A stretch of 60,287 nucleotides of DNA from Girardia tigrina (Eukaryota), in contig MQRK01197295.1 of assembly GCA_001938485.1 (NCBI GenBank), forward strand, positions 8,506 to 68,792, given 5' to 3'. The notes under the pieces were generated by a model. It saw only the letters and a program-made list of their open reading frames with translations. It had not been told where the DNA came from and made no database searches. Below are positions 36,051 through 48,729 of the stretch, piece by piece. A program made the translations under genes and the position numbers. Each line of letters begins with the position of its first letter. The stretch's first letter is position 1.

Positions 36051-38449
36051 ATTATAAACAAAGTATATTATACACTTGTAGTGCTCAGAAAAACTAACAC
36101 TTAAAAAAATTGAAAAATTGAAAAAACTTTCAATTTTGATTTTTGTTTTTTTAAAGTAAAAGTGTGCAAATCAAGCGCACAAAATTTGAAATCTCAAATA
36201 AATATTATTGATGTTGAATTTTCTCTTTTTCTTTCTTATTTCCCACAAATAATGAGACATATGTGGTCTCTGAATTCCTCACAACTGGCGGAACCGATCC
36301 GACCGACTAAGATGCCGGAACATATCGACACGCATTTCACATTTAATGAAACCGCCCGGTGTCGCGAGAGCAGATCGTGGAAACCAACCACAGTTCCAAG
36401 TGGAACCCACTGGCGGGCACTCGACATGTGGGGATTACGAGCGATAGCGAAACGGTCGGCTAATCTGTAAACCTCTGCACAATTAAGAGGTGCTGATCGC
36501 CACCACTCAACCCAGCAGCCGGTACCTCAACATTCAAAATATAACTTCATATATGAATTCGTACATAAAGCGATTTACGTTTTACGGTGGAAAAATAGTA
36601 AAGAAGATATACCCTTTTATTGTATTATGTTTTGTTTTTCAGTTATCCTTTTTCTTGAATTAGTGCATCTTTTGTATTTCCTAAATTTGCAAGCGGCTAC
36701 AGAAATATTTTTATGTCTCTCAATTCGGTTGCAAGTAAGCCTTGGAACGTTTTTGAAGAAGTAATGGAAAAAATAATCATAACATTTAGTTGTGGCAAAT
36801 TTATTCAAACCCTCATTCTTGTAGTGTTCCTAAACAACTTATACTATTTACTTCATTAATATAAGCCTCCCCCGATTGAAAGGATAACTGAGTATTGTAG
36901 AGACTATAGTACTAGCATTGGTGTACAGGGTAGTGATTCATAGACTCTGTATCGGGTAGAAACCATAAATAGACAAAACAGAGCCTACTGACTTTCTCAC
37001 ACGGCTTTAGATGCACTTCATTAATATAATAGACTTTTCCAAATATAACTTTTTAATTTTAATCTACGATATTTCACGAAAGAAAAATATTCCAATGAAA
37101 GAAAATAGTATTAATTATTTAAAAATTTATTTAGAAAAAAAATTTATTATTTTGTACAGTTCATTTCTTCAGAAAATCTATCAATATTAATTTATTTTCT
37201 AATTTATATTTTCTTTATTTTTGTAATATTTTTACAAGTTTTTATTTTGAAGTCACTAAATGAAATTAATGAAAAATTTCAAATTTCAAGACATCTCAAG
37301 AGAATTTTAATAATTAAATAAACCCAGAGAAAGAAGATACATTGACCAAATTCCCCAACCTCACGACATCTAAACTGAAAATTAGCTATTCAACATAAAA
37401 ACAACAAAACAAAATTAAAATTTTGTTTGAATCAATAAATAATATAATGAGATTTTAAAAATAATATTATTAAAACAATTTGTTCAAATAAATCTTTTTC
37501 ACGCATTTGATAATAAAATCCCCAGTGGAATTCATTCATATTTATTCTATTAATTTGTTTCAATATTGTTATTTATTTGTTTTTTTATTGAAAATAGTTT
37601 TATTTAATTAATGATAAAAAATAAAATTATTAATATTATTATCAAATTTAGATTTGTAAAAATTATGCCTGGTTAAAATTCGTTTTCCTTCAATTGTATA
37701 AAAAAATGGAAATAAGCTTTTTATTTGATTGATCTAAAAAGTCATTAATCAAATATTTTTTATGAGATGATAGCCTCGTTAAAATAATTAAATGACTGTT
37801 TAATTCGTTATTTTTTAAAAAAAATAATGTTAGGAATTATTTTTTTAATAAAATAATACCGGAACAATAAAAACAATATGAGACAAAATATTCAATTATT
37901 CAGAATAAAGTTTCTTTTTAATTAATTTTATTATTTATTTTGAATGTGTGCGAAAATTGTGTGTGTGTGTCAATTGTGACCAATCGGAATGAAGATTCAA
38001 CAGAAAATGAATTGATTAGCTTTTCATTACATATTTTTTTTAAAAAAAGGCCTGTCAAGAATTTCAGAATTATATATTGAATTTTTAAAAAAAATAAATA
38101 ATAAAAATTCAATTAATTAACTTTGAAATTATAATCAATACTTGAAATAATTTTCCAATATTTTGTACAAATAAAAAATTTACACAATAATCTTCAGTTC
38201 AAGAGCAAACAGTGAGCCAATAATTTACATTACAACCACTAATAAAAGCCTTCAAGTAAATCTATTTTGAAACTAACAGCACTGTAAGAGATCGAAAATG
38301 GTTACAAGATTGCTCGTACACTGATGAACATGAAAAAATTCATTCTTGCATTTTCTAGAATCAGAAAAAGCCGAAAAACGGCAAAAATCTCATATTAGGT
38401 TAAGGTAAATATATAAAATAATCAACCTCACTTTATTAATATAGTTATA

Positions 38450-38544
38450 TTAATTAGCAACATTACAATTAGCGTGAAAACATTTGTTAACAGCACAGAC
38501 TCATCTTTACAACAATTTTCAGTAACACTATCTTCAGTAAGTAT
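38450..38544 (-). pseudogene. Orphan family member E (ATG changed to ATA, frameshifted)
   Basis: AATCAAGAAAG-ATA vs AATCAAGAACG-ATG in member A; ILTEDSVTENCCKDES then, after a shift, VNKCFHANCNVAN. Confidence 0.45.
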
Positions 38545-38778
38545 CTTTCTTGATTAATATGTATTTTGTAAATTTATTTAAATCTTTGATTAATGAATGA
38601 GATTATAAAATTAATAATCTTTAATTTCTCAAAACTTTATTGGTTAAAATATTTAAAGTAAATTTTAAAAATAATAGTAGCTTTTTAATTATATTAAATT
38701 TAATAAGTTAAATTATTTACTCAAAAAGTATTATTAAAATTTCAAATTACAAAACTTTTAATTAATTAGTATTTAAAG

Positions 38779-39133
38779 CAGCGGTTCTCAACCCTTATAG
38801 TGTCACGACTCTTTTAATACTATTCCTAATGTTGTGGCGACCCCCAACTATAAAATAATTTTTGTCAATAGGTAAATTATTAATTAAAAAATGCAGTATT
38901 CTTCTATTACGTCACGAATCACGCAAATTACCTGCACAGATGCAATAGAAATGATATCTATGATATTATAGTATAAAACTAGTAACTACCAATGGAAAAA
39001 ACTTTTACAATAACATACTATACAGTTGACACAATAGAATACAAAACAACACATTTTCAATGGTCTTTGGCGACCCCTGGCAAATCTTCATTCGATCATC
39101 GAGGGGTTGCGACCCACAGGCTGAGAACTGCTG
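38779..39133. mobile_element. hAT (Charlie-like) MITE, 355 bp
   Basis: TIRs CAGCGGTTCTCAACC / GGCTGAGAACTGCTG; 8-bp TSD ATTTAAAG / ATTTAAAC. Confidence 0.9.
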
Positions 39134-39184
39134 ATTTAAACATTAATCTCATTATATTTAAGTAATTAATCAATAACATATCAA

Positions 39185-39262
39185 TCCCGTCTGAATTGGA
39201 GAGTAACAAATCTAAACAGCATATAAACAACTATCTCACAGCATTCAGAATTTTTCTTCACA
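39185..39262 (-). promoter_or_regulatory. Conserved upstream motif, copy E (diverged)
   Basis: TGTGAAGAAAAATTCTGAATGCTG...CTCTCCAATTCAGACGGGA on the minus strand. Confidence 0.5.
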
Positions 39263-39802
39263 ATATTATTCTTTTAATTTAATTAAATAATGTAGAAAAC
39301 CCGAAAGAAATGGCAATAAAAATAAAAAAACAAATTTTCGTTAGACATTCTGGCGCGAGTGGTCAAATGACATTTAGATGACAATTCAATGCAACAACAA
39401 CAATTATCTGTTCCACCTCCAATTTTAATTATTATTTTCTATATTTGTTTATTTAAATGTTGTATTTTGTTTAATATTTAGTTGAAATTCGCTCGACAGA
39501 CGACACTTAAAATTAATTTTATTTACTTGTCATTCTTGTTGGTGGTCAAATAATTTTGGGCTTACTGTTTAAATCTATGAATCTACCAATAAATTGATTC
39601 TTTTTGTTTTTCTTCATGGTTGCTAGGTTAGTTTATGCGTGAGTAGGATCATGGACACTGTTTTCAACATACTTTGTTGGCACATTTTTGACTTGATGAG
39701 TCACAGATTTTTTAAATAAGGCGACTGGATGCTTTGCATTGGCGTAATGTAAAGGATTTTGTGTTATTCAAGAAGGGAATAATAAAAATGGAATTATGAA
39801 TG

Positions 39803-39888
39803 TGAGGAATATTTAAAATTGTATGAATGTGTGAATGTATGAATGCTGTATGTTGAATTTAGAATGGTGATTCTCCCACCCAGATGGA
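39803..39888 (+). promoter_or_regulatory. Conserved upstream motif, copy B
   Basis: TGAGGAATATTT...(TGAATG)x3...TCTCCCACCCAGATGGA. Confidence 0.65.
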
Positions 39889-40192
39889 ATTTTGTATTTA
39901 CGGTAAGTGACTATTCGAACATAATTAAAATAAAAGTAATGAAATGGTAATAATCTGATAAGTTTAAATTTTGAAATTAGTAATTAAAATCAACTTTAAT
40001 ATTTTTTTAAAAAAATAAAGATAAGTATTTAACTGGATATAAAATAAACTAGTGAAATTTAAATTTAAATTTCTTTTTTTTATAATTCGATAAAATATTT
40101 TTATTATTTACAGTTTTTATACAGAAGTGGTTAAAATTATTAATTTTAATTAATATTATATGAAAATATTGAAATAAAAACCAATTACAACG

Positions 40193-40330
40193 ATGTCAAA
40201 TTGTGGGAAATCTTCTGAGAGATGTGATGACTGGAAAGGTGATAATAATAAATGTACAAGCAATAATTGCCTCAATGCTCTTAACAATGGATTATTTCAA
40301 AGAAAGTTGTGGGATATGAGTTGTGGTTAG
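40193..40330 (+). CDS. Orphan family member B, 45-aa Cys/Asn-rich ORF
   Basis: MSNCGKSSERCDDWKGDNNKCTSNNCLNALNNGLFQRKLWDMSCG*; shares D.NKC..N...LNN...Q with member A and the ACG-ATG start context. Confidence 0.45.
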   Translation: MSNCGKSSERCDDWKGDNNKCTSNNCLNALNNGLFQRKLWDMSCG

Positions 40331-41970
40331 GTTTTAGATAATACATGTTTGTATGAAAATTTTATTGTAGGATAATAATAAACTGTAAAATTACTTAAAA
40401 GAGTTTATTAGGTCTTACAATTGGAAAGATAATATTGTCTGAACGAATAAAAAGATTATTGTAACTACCGAAACGCTCGGATTATTCGAGATCCATTAAG
40501 TAGCCTAGCACAAATATAAAAGACAAATTCAACTGTTAATATTTTCCATTATAAGAAAAATATTTTTACTACATATTAGCCATTTGTCTTTTGTGTGAAT
40601 GAGTTTCTTTGCGAAGATTAAAGATGTTGATATTTTTTTTCTGACAGAATGTATAGAAATATATGTGGTTAGAAAAATTAAAATTTTTGGTTGTTCGACT
40701 AGTCACATTAATCATTTATTCCAGCTCGCAACTGTCGCGGGACGCCATCGGGCGCGTCACTTACCCCCCCCCATATTTCTTACAATTTACTTTTGTTCCT
40801 TCCATTTCCACGGCATACTACTAAGCTTTAGTTGTTTACTACTTCATCTATCATAAAATTCCATCTTTAACCCTAAAAATTCTAAAGTTTATTTCAATAA
40901 TATTGCAAATTTGTATGTAATGTGAAACATTTAGTAGGTTGACTGAAAGGAAAGAAGGTTCATATTATAAGGATACAGATAAGAAAAGGTTATATATTAT
41001 TTATGGTGGTCTATTCAATCATATTTGTTAACAAATAGGCAATGTGGGGAGTGATGATGTCTAAGATGACCAAAAAATAATTTTACTTATTAAAATAAAT
41101 CATTTCAATATTTTTAGAAATTCTTTTCGTGAATAATCAGTTCATTTAGGTCTGTATCTGAGTTAGTCATAGACTTCACATATATATGTCTATTTGACAT
41201 CAGTTCCACAAACTCCTCCTACAAAAGGATGTTACCAAGATGTGAAGTATTCCCATCACTTGATGTTGTCGATCATAGTTTGAGCGTATGTGGGTAGAAA
41301 CAAGACACCTATGACTAGGAACGACAGGTGTCTCTGGCAGAATACAGACAAACAGCCGCGCCGCAAGATTATCTGCAACAAAATATTGTCTATACAGAAT
41401 TGTCTGAAACAAGATTACTTATGTATCAAATCGTCTGCAAAAAAAATGATTTGTAAACAATATTGATTTGTTTACCATAAAAATTACATTATTACATAAG
41501 ATAAATCTTTCATTTAATTTTGAATTTTGATTTTACTTAACTCTTCTTTTCATTTGGTTTCAGATTTGCTTCATAGCCAAATATGTCATAACAAAGTACT
41601 TAGATATCAAATAGTCAACAATTTTCGACGTGTATTATTTATTTAAAATACTTACTGCTTATTAGGTTTACAAATGCTTCACAACATATTTGTTAAATCA
41701 GTTAAACATTAATATTGTCATTCATATAATGTGTTATTTAGTGAATTTTAAAATTAAAAACTGAAATATTACTTTAGTAGGTTAAATAATTTTATAGTAA
41801 AGCAGGAGACCAAGACCTTTCCGTTAGTTAAAAGAACGTTTAATAATGACGTTTTAGATATATGTAGAAATACAAGATTTCAGTTTTTGTATATATTATT
41901 AGTAAAAATACAATATGTATATAATTTATTCATTAATAATACAAAAATAATATTTGTTAAATTTCTTCAG

Positions 41971-42574
41971 TCAAATTCATCTGTCCCTCGCCAAAATTCT
42001 CCTCAACACAAAATATGCTTGCCACGAAACAAAGTTATTCAAACTGCAAAAGCGATCAGCTCAACATCACAACAACCTGTTCAAATTCCCATTTATTTAA
42101 ATGAGGCACAGATTGCAGTGCTCAATTCTAAACATTCCCCAAAAGACGCCTCCAGACCTCACACCAACGAAGCCAATAAGTGTACGAGTGCGACCGCCAA
42201 ATTAGGAACTAATCCCGCCTTAATATCTTCAACACTTCAACAACAACAGCAACAGCTTATAGCACAACATCTCCATCAACATCAAACTCACAATTACTTG
42301 CATCATGTTGCCTTAGGTGGCAATAATGAGAACAGCGTCCATAATCCCGATCACACCAGTGCAAATCAGAGTGGCAATACAGTCAGCTACTTGATTTCAC
42401 CCAACCTTTTGGTCAGTCACAGCCAATTGTCCCAGCTTCACCCAAGAGATTTAGCAATAATTCAACAGAAATTACTCCATCAGCAGCATTTGTATCAACA
42501 CCAGCAACAGTTGCAGTCGGGCTCAGTATCCAATCAGCATTTATTGTGTACTTGTCCCTCCGAACTACATCGAG
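41971..42574 (+). CDS. Large internal exon of an unidentified Gln/His-rich protein gene
   Basis: TTTCTTCAG acceptor (phase 0), GAG|GTAGTC donor (phase 1), 201 open codons, Q/H-rich, raised GC. Confidence 0.8.
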
Positions 42575-43074
42575 GTAGTCTTCACACTCTTTTCTCTATT
42601 CCTATTTTTCTTACTCATATTGATTTTTTACTTTTTAATTAATTATTTTTGATAAATAATTTTCCAAGACTGAAAGAAGTTAGTTAATTAATCAATAAAT
42701 TATTAACATATCTTAAAGAATATTTTAAATATTTTTTATAATAAATATAAATAATATTCTCCTTGAAATCTTAAAATTATAAATCATTAAATCAGAGTTT
42801 TTCAAGCCAGTTTTTATGTTGAATATTTATTTTTTGATTTTATATAAATATTCTTTTTAATAGGAATCGATAAACAGCTAAAGTTTATACTTTTTTATTT
42901 ATTAACGGGTTGAAACATTACAGATTCAGATTCTTAAACTATGTGATTATATGAAGCAACATGGATAACAACTACCATTAAGGGTAGAAGCTTCATCGGT
43001 CTTGAAGATGATTTTTCCTTCAGGAGCATAACATATATTATTTTCTTCTATCAAGTTCAGATTTATTTTAGGTA

Positions 43075-44428
43075 TTAAGTTGGTCGAAGAATAATGGCGG
43101 TTTTTGAACTTTATACTTTGTTTATCTACTTTGATATGTATATAAGTTTAAATGCATTAGTGTTAGATATTATTTGAAATCTTATGCCTAGCTGTATATT
43201 CCTATAGCNNNNNNNNNNNNNNNNNNNNNNNNNNNNNNNNNNNNNNNNNNNNNNNNNNNNNNNNNNNNNNNNNNNNNNNNNNNNNNNNNNNNNNNNNNNN
43301 NNNNNNNNNNNNNNNNNNNNNNNNNNNNNNNNNNNNNNNNNNNNNNNNNNNNNNNNNNNNNNNNNNNNNNNNNNNNNNNNNNNNNNNNNNNNNNNNNNNN
43401 NNNNNNNNNNNNNNNNNNNNNNNNNNNNNNNNNNNNNNNNNNNNNNNNNNNNNNNNNNNNNNNNNNNNNNNNNNNNNNNNNNNNNNNNNNNNNNNNNNNN
43501 NNNNNNNNNNNNNNNNNNNNNNNNNNNNNNNNNNNNNNNNNNNNNNNNNNNNNNNNNNNNNNNNNNNNNNNNNNNNNNNNNNNNNNNNNNNNNNNNNNNN
43601 NNNNNNNNNNNNNNNNNNNNNNNNNNNNNNNNNNNNNNNNNNNNNNNNNNNNNNNNNNNNNNNNNNNNNNNNNNNNNNNNNNNNNNNNNNNNNNNNNNNN
43701 NNNNNNNNNNNNNNNNNNNNNNNNNNNNNNNNNNNNNNNNNNNNNNNNNNNNNNNNNNNNNNNNNNNNNNNNNNNNNNNNNNNNNNNNNNNNNNNNNNNN
43801 NNNNNNNNNNNNNNNNNNNNNNNNNNNNNNNNNNNNNNNNNNNNNNNNNNNNNNNNNNNNNNNNNNNNNNNNNNNNNNNNNNNNNNNNNNNNNNNNNNNN
43901 NNNNNNNNNNGATGCTGGAATCATCCACTATAGTTTCTTGAATCCAGGTGAAACAATCACAGCGGAGAGGTACTGTCATGAAATTGATGAAATGCATAAA
44001 ATATTGAAAACCCTTTGTCCGGGATTGGTTAATCGAAAAAGTCCCATCTTTCTTCATGATAATGCTAGACCTCATATTTCAAAAGTGACTCTTCAAAAGC
44101 TTAATGAGTTGGGCTATGAAACCCTGCTTCATCCACCATATTCACCAGACCTCTCGCCAACGGACTTCTACTTTTTCAGGCATTTGTACAACTTCCTACG
44201 TGAAAAAAATTTCATAAACCAAAATGATGCTCAAAATGCCTTCCAAGAATTCGTCGCTTCGAGAACCGATGCATTTTATGCGGATGGAATAAAACGACTT
44301 GTTTCTCGTTGGCAAAAATGTATTGATACCAACGGTTCATACTTTGATTAATAAATTTTTGTTTCTGTGAATTTGCACGTCTTTGAAGTTTGTGTCCCAA
44401 AACCGCCATTATTTTTCGACCAACCTAA
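43075..44428 (+). mobile_element. Mariner DD34D (cecropia/Hsmar1-like TIR), both ends present, centre in a gap
   Basis: TIRs TTA(A/G)GTTGGTCGAA(G/A)AATAATGGCGGTTTT with TA on both sides. HDNARPH...HPPYSPDLSPTDF (34 spacing), RWQKCIDTNGSYFD; visible ORF uninterrupted. Confidence 0.95.
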
Positions 44429-46079
44429 TATTTAAAAAAACCTTTCCCCTGGGAAAATAGTCTTTAGAATAAAGTAAAGCACATTTCTTAAGTACAAATA
44501 GGATATAAAATATTTCGAACATTTAAAATTATTTTGTTTTTTTAATTATTTATCTTCTGACTTCTAAAGGAAGACATGCCGCGTTCATCGGTGATGCATT
44601 CCATGAGTTCTGTCAATGGATTATGATCGTATTTGTGAGTTTGATCTTGAAATGTCGTTACAAATCTTTTGAATAATATTGGATTGGTGAAAAATTCTCT
44701 TGTATTTTAAATAAAATATTCGGATCAGTTTTAATATCTTGTTTTGCATTTTATTCAATAATATAAGATTCATTATTAGCAACCACTCGTTGTCACCTTT
44801 CAGATAGATTGCTGATCTCTCTATCATCACTGTTTTCATCCTTGGAGTCAAGGTATTTAACAAGAGCCAGGAAGACCGATTGGAAAGAACTACTTGATTT
44901 CCCGTTTTATGATTTTAAAGCGATCAAAATAGATAGTAATCTGGTTGAGCTATATTGGGGGAATATTATGGTTGACTAAGAACTACTCATCAATGCAGGA
45001 AAAGGTGTTGACTTATTTTGATTTGACTTTTCTTGGTATTCCATTTATTAAGTTGGTTCATCAAGTTAATCATTTACCCCTGTTTCAGTAGTACTTAGTA
45101 TACTGGACGCCTTCTATCTCACCTCAGGAATCTTTCAAAGATGAAGATTTATCTAAGGAATAATCTTATGATCAACTTTGAGACTGAAGTATTCTGAAAG
45201 ACATTTTTCAAACCATTGTTGGCAAACCATAACTTCACTTTCTCCGTTATTCACTTAGTGATTTTGCTACTAACTAATGGAGAATGTAACAAACAATCTT
45301 TATGTATCCGACACGAGGTACGCTAAATCATAAAACTGTAAATTACTCATTTATAACTGTTAACGTTTACGTTGACAGATAAAATTTACTGATCATAATA
45401 AAATACGTCTGAATTTTCCAGTCAACACAAAATTTTCGAGGTGTATAGGAAAGGGCATCCAATCTTTCTACCTGTTTTAATAGATAAAGGGGTAATATTG
45501 AAGGAAATATTGTGACGTCTATATAATTATCTGTTTGTCAACATAACTTTTCTCTCTAGAAACATCGAATATTATTCTTTGGACAAATATCGTTTATCAA
45601 AAGTATGATACAGACGGTATATTGTCAGAAAATACTTTAAGATGGAAGCAGCTAATGTTCTTAATCTAAGATTTCCACAAATTTAGTTTAATTTTAAAAA
45701 GTTGAATTTATAAATTAATCAGTACCTGGGAAATGCAGCTTTAAACCATTTAAATAAACAGGGATTTCAATTAAAAGGTCCCGAGATACCGAACGACAGT
45801 TCTGAGATTTTACTGTCTTACAAACACAGGAATTGAGCGGCATATCTGTACATTCGTATGTTGATAGTTCCACAAATGATTTACTCGAGAAAAAGTTTTC
45901 AACCCTGAAAAATTGGTTGATCGGTTTATTCATTTACCAGTTAGACACGTAAGAACATCATATAATGGTCGCAGATTGGGTATCCATGGCTGAAACATTC
46001 ACATAATCTATTTTTTAATTCTTTTCGCGTATATAAAACAGAGAAGTTATCATATTTTCGAGAAAATATTTTGTATAAA

Positions 46080-46317
46080 CCCTTTCACTGCGCAATACCT
46101 TTGGAGATTTGATGTCCGTGAAGTTTATGTTGTGGGTTTATTCTTGTTGAGCAGTTTGAGAATGTTATTCGCGTATACAGTGAGTGTTTTGTTCATGTAG
46201 AACAGAAAGAGGTGTGTTGAGCAGAAAACTAAGTTAAAAAATAGTGAAAAAATACACGTTCACAGATTTTGAGGTCCGCATTTTTTGCGAATATATACGT
46301 GTAGAGCAGTGAAAGAG
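46080..46317. mobile_element. piggyBac-like MITE
   Basis: CCCTTTCACTGC / GCAGTGAAAGAG termini; TTAA on the right and TAAA on the left. Confidence 0.65.
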
Positions 46318-48729
46318 TTAAAGAAGAGACTTTCTTTTGTCCTAAGATAACTATTTTGGGAAAGTGTTAATCGTTTTTTAATAATAAAAATTTGAAAAAC
46401 ATATTTAATTTGATTTGTCTAAAATCTATTTTGATAAAAGTGTTATCCTTTTTATGGAAAAAAATTCAAAATATGTCCTATTCCTTTCCATTGATCATGT
46501 CTTGACTCCACGTTGATCCGTATTTATCATTCGATGCGTTAGTATTGCCGAAGAGCAGATCCGTTGTACAGACAGAAAGTGATGTATTTCCTGGAGGTCC
46601 ATGTTCTCAGTAAGAATCCAATCACCATTAAAACATCATTAATAACTCGTTTAATGTCATTTTATTTCAGTCGAGCATTGCAAGCATTTTTATAATACTA
46701 TGTTAATTAATATTTCCACTAATAAAAACGAGTTTATTCAACATTAAAAATAGGTTTTCATTAGACAGGCCTAATGTCAATTTGGTTAACTTAATCGAAT
46801 TTTCCTACCACTTTTTAATATAAAATTTATTATAATATGTATTATTTACTACTTGTGTACTCGTACTCATTCATTACTTTTCGTTAGGGTAAATTATCTC
46901 TTATATTACCTAAATCATTCTTTACAGAACGTATCTGAAAGACCGTTCATATATAAGCATTGTTTACCTTAATAATATATAAATATTAATTACTGAATAT
47001 AATATGAGTAACTGAAGATATTAAACTAGGTTGGAGGTCCAAAACCCTTCGCGGCATTCTAATCAACCATTGTTCCTCTTAAATGACCGAATTCGTTTTT
47101 CTTCATTTAGGAATACCACAAATCAACCAAAATACCTTTTTGGATTCATCACAGATATGAATAAGTGTTTCTAAACCGGCTATTTTTGTTGATTGATATG
47201 TGGTAGTAATAACGTAGATTGTGACATGGTCTGCTGCAATACATTTAGTAGCTACACTGATAAAAAATTAGGGCTATGAAACATTTACTAAATGCAAAGT
47301 AGTAAAAGATAAATACTATGAACAGATATTTGTCTCATTAGAATCAGAAAACAAACACATGATCAGAAATTTTTGGATGGCCATTTTCTAAAATGTACAT
47401 AGTCACAATTGTGGTATCATAATATCCCACAGAGGTCTGTTACTCTCTTGACATTCCAGAAACGTTGAAATCGCTCCTCAAATAAATATGTGTCCTCGTT
47501 AAAATGTTTTTAATGCTCATCACTCATGATACCAAAAGTTTCAGTAAAAAAGTCTATGAAGACGTGTAGGTCGCGTCAAGAGCATGTTAAAAACCATTCT
47601 CTGGTATGAATCAAAAAATATTTCACTAAATTCGGAATACTTTTAGTTAACTAGTTCTTTTGTACATAAGAAGAACTCTTGGAAATTTTCATCTTGCAGA
47701 ACAGAAATAGTTAGCCATTTTTAAATTTTGTTTTCAAATTTTCGATTTCGAATTCAATCCAAAAACCAAAACTCAATTCACCTTTTTAAAACTTTTATAT
47801 TTTATTCAATTACGTTTTTATTACAATTGATGCAGTTAAACAAACTGTAATTTAATCAATTTATTTTTTTTACAAATTTCAAATATTTAATCAAAAAAAC
47901 TAATTTTAATTTGTGACAAAACAAATCAATCAGTGAAAATTAAAGAGTTCGAGATAAGTAAACAAAAGTAATTATACACACAAATGTTTATAATTAGTTG
48001 ATCATTAATCTGAATCTTCAAAGAACTCTTAAAGATTCTTTCTTTTATTTCGAAACTAATAAATTGAGGAACTTGGGAATAAGATGAAGAAAATCTGCAC
48101 AGTTTATCTTATCCATCTATTTTACAAGGGTTTCACCAAACTGAGTTTGATGAGGAGAGTAGGGAAATATATTTTTGTGTTGATCAACGAGAGATGAAAC
48201 TGACTCACAGATACTTATTGTCCTTCAGATACTTTTGATGCAAATAGCAGCTATCTAATACATACACATTATAATAAACAAAGTTATAAGAGGCGTCACG
48301 GTTTAAATTAGTAATCACTGCTCTAAATTTCAATCAACAATTTTCCTTCCATTACAAAGCTTGTTAATTCTTCCAATCAGTTTTGCGACATTCTCAAATG
48401 ACGAATTCAATATATTTGATAATATTAGTAGTCGTAGGTAACATGTGCTTAGTCACATTTCATAACACCAAGTTATGAAACCTAAATGCGATTAATGGAA
48501 ATTTTAGTTATGTTTTAATTTTATTTTAGGACGATTTCATTTACTAAGGCATTTATGTTTACGTTAAGGGTTTTTGATGCTCACTAATTATGTCACTTTT
48601 TGTCTGTGAAACAGATTTTGTCTATATTAACAACGATTTAATTTCTATACTCATCTTGACAAAAACGTAACAAACTAAATCTAAATGCAGATTCAAATTT
48701 AGCACTAAATTTTATACAAGAGTTCCATA

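Noticed and set aside
38198-38536. Plus-strand mini-exons (38359-38404, 38458-38536) that could splice to 41971
   Set aside because: Phases could not be chained upstream, and the region is also explained as the antisense of family member E. Not excluded without RNA data.
44560-45720. Possible decayed retrotransposon or transposase region (also 18300-19450 and 47050-47720)
   Set aside because: Coding-like composition, but no motif I could assign with confidence.
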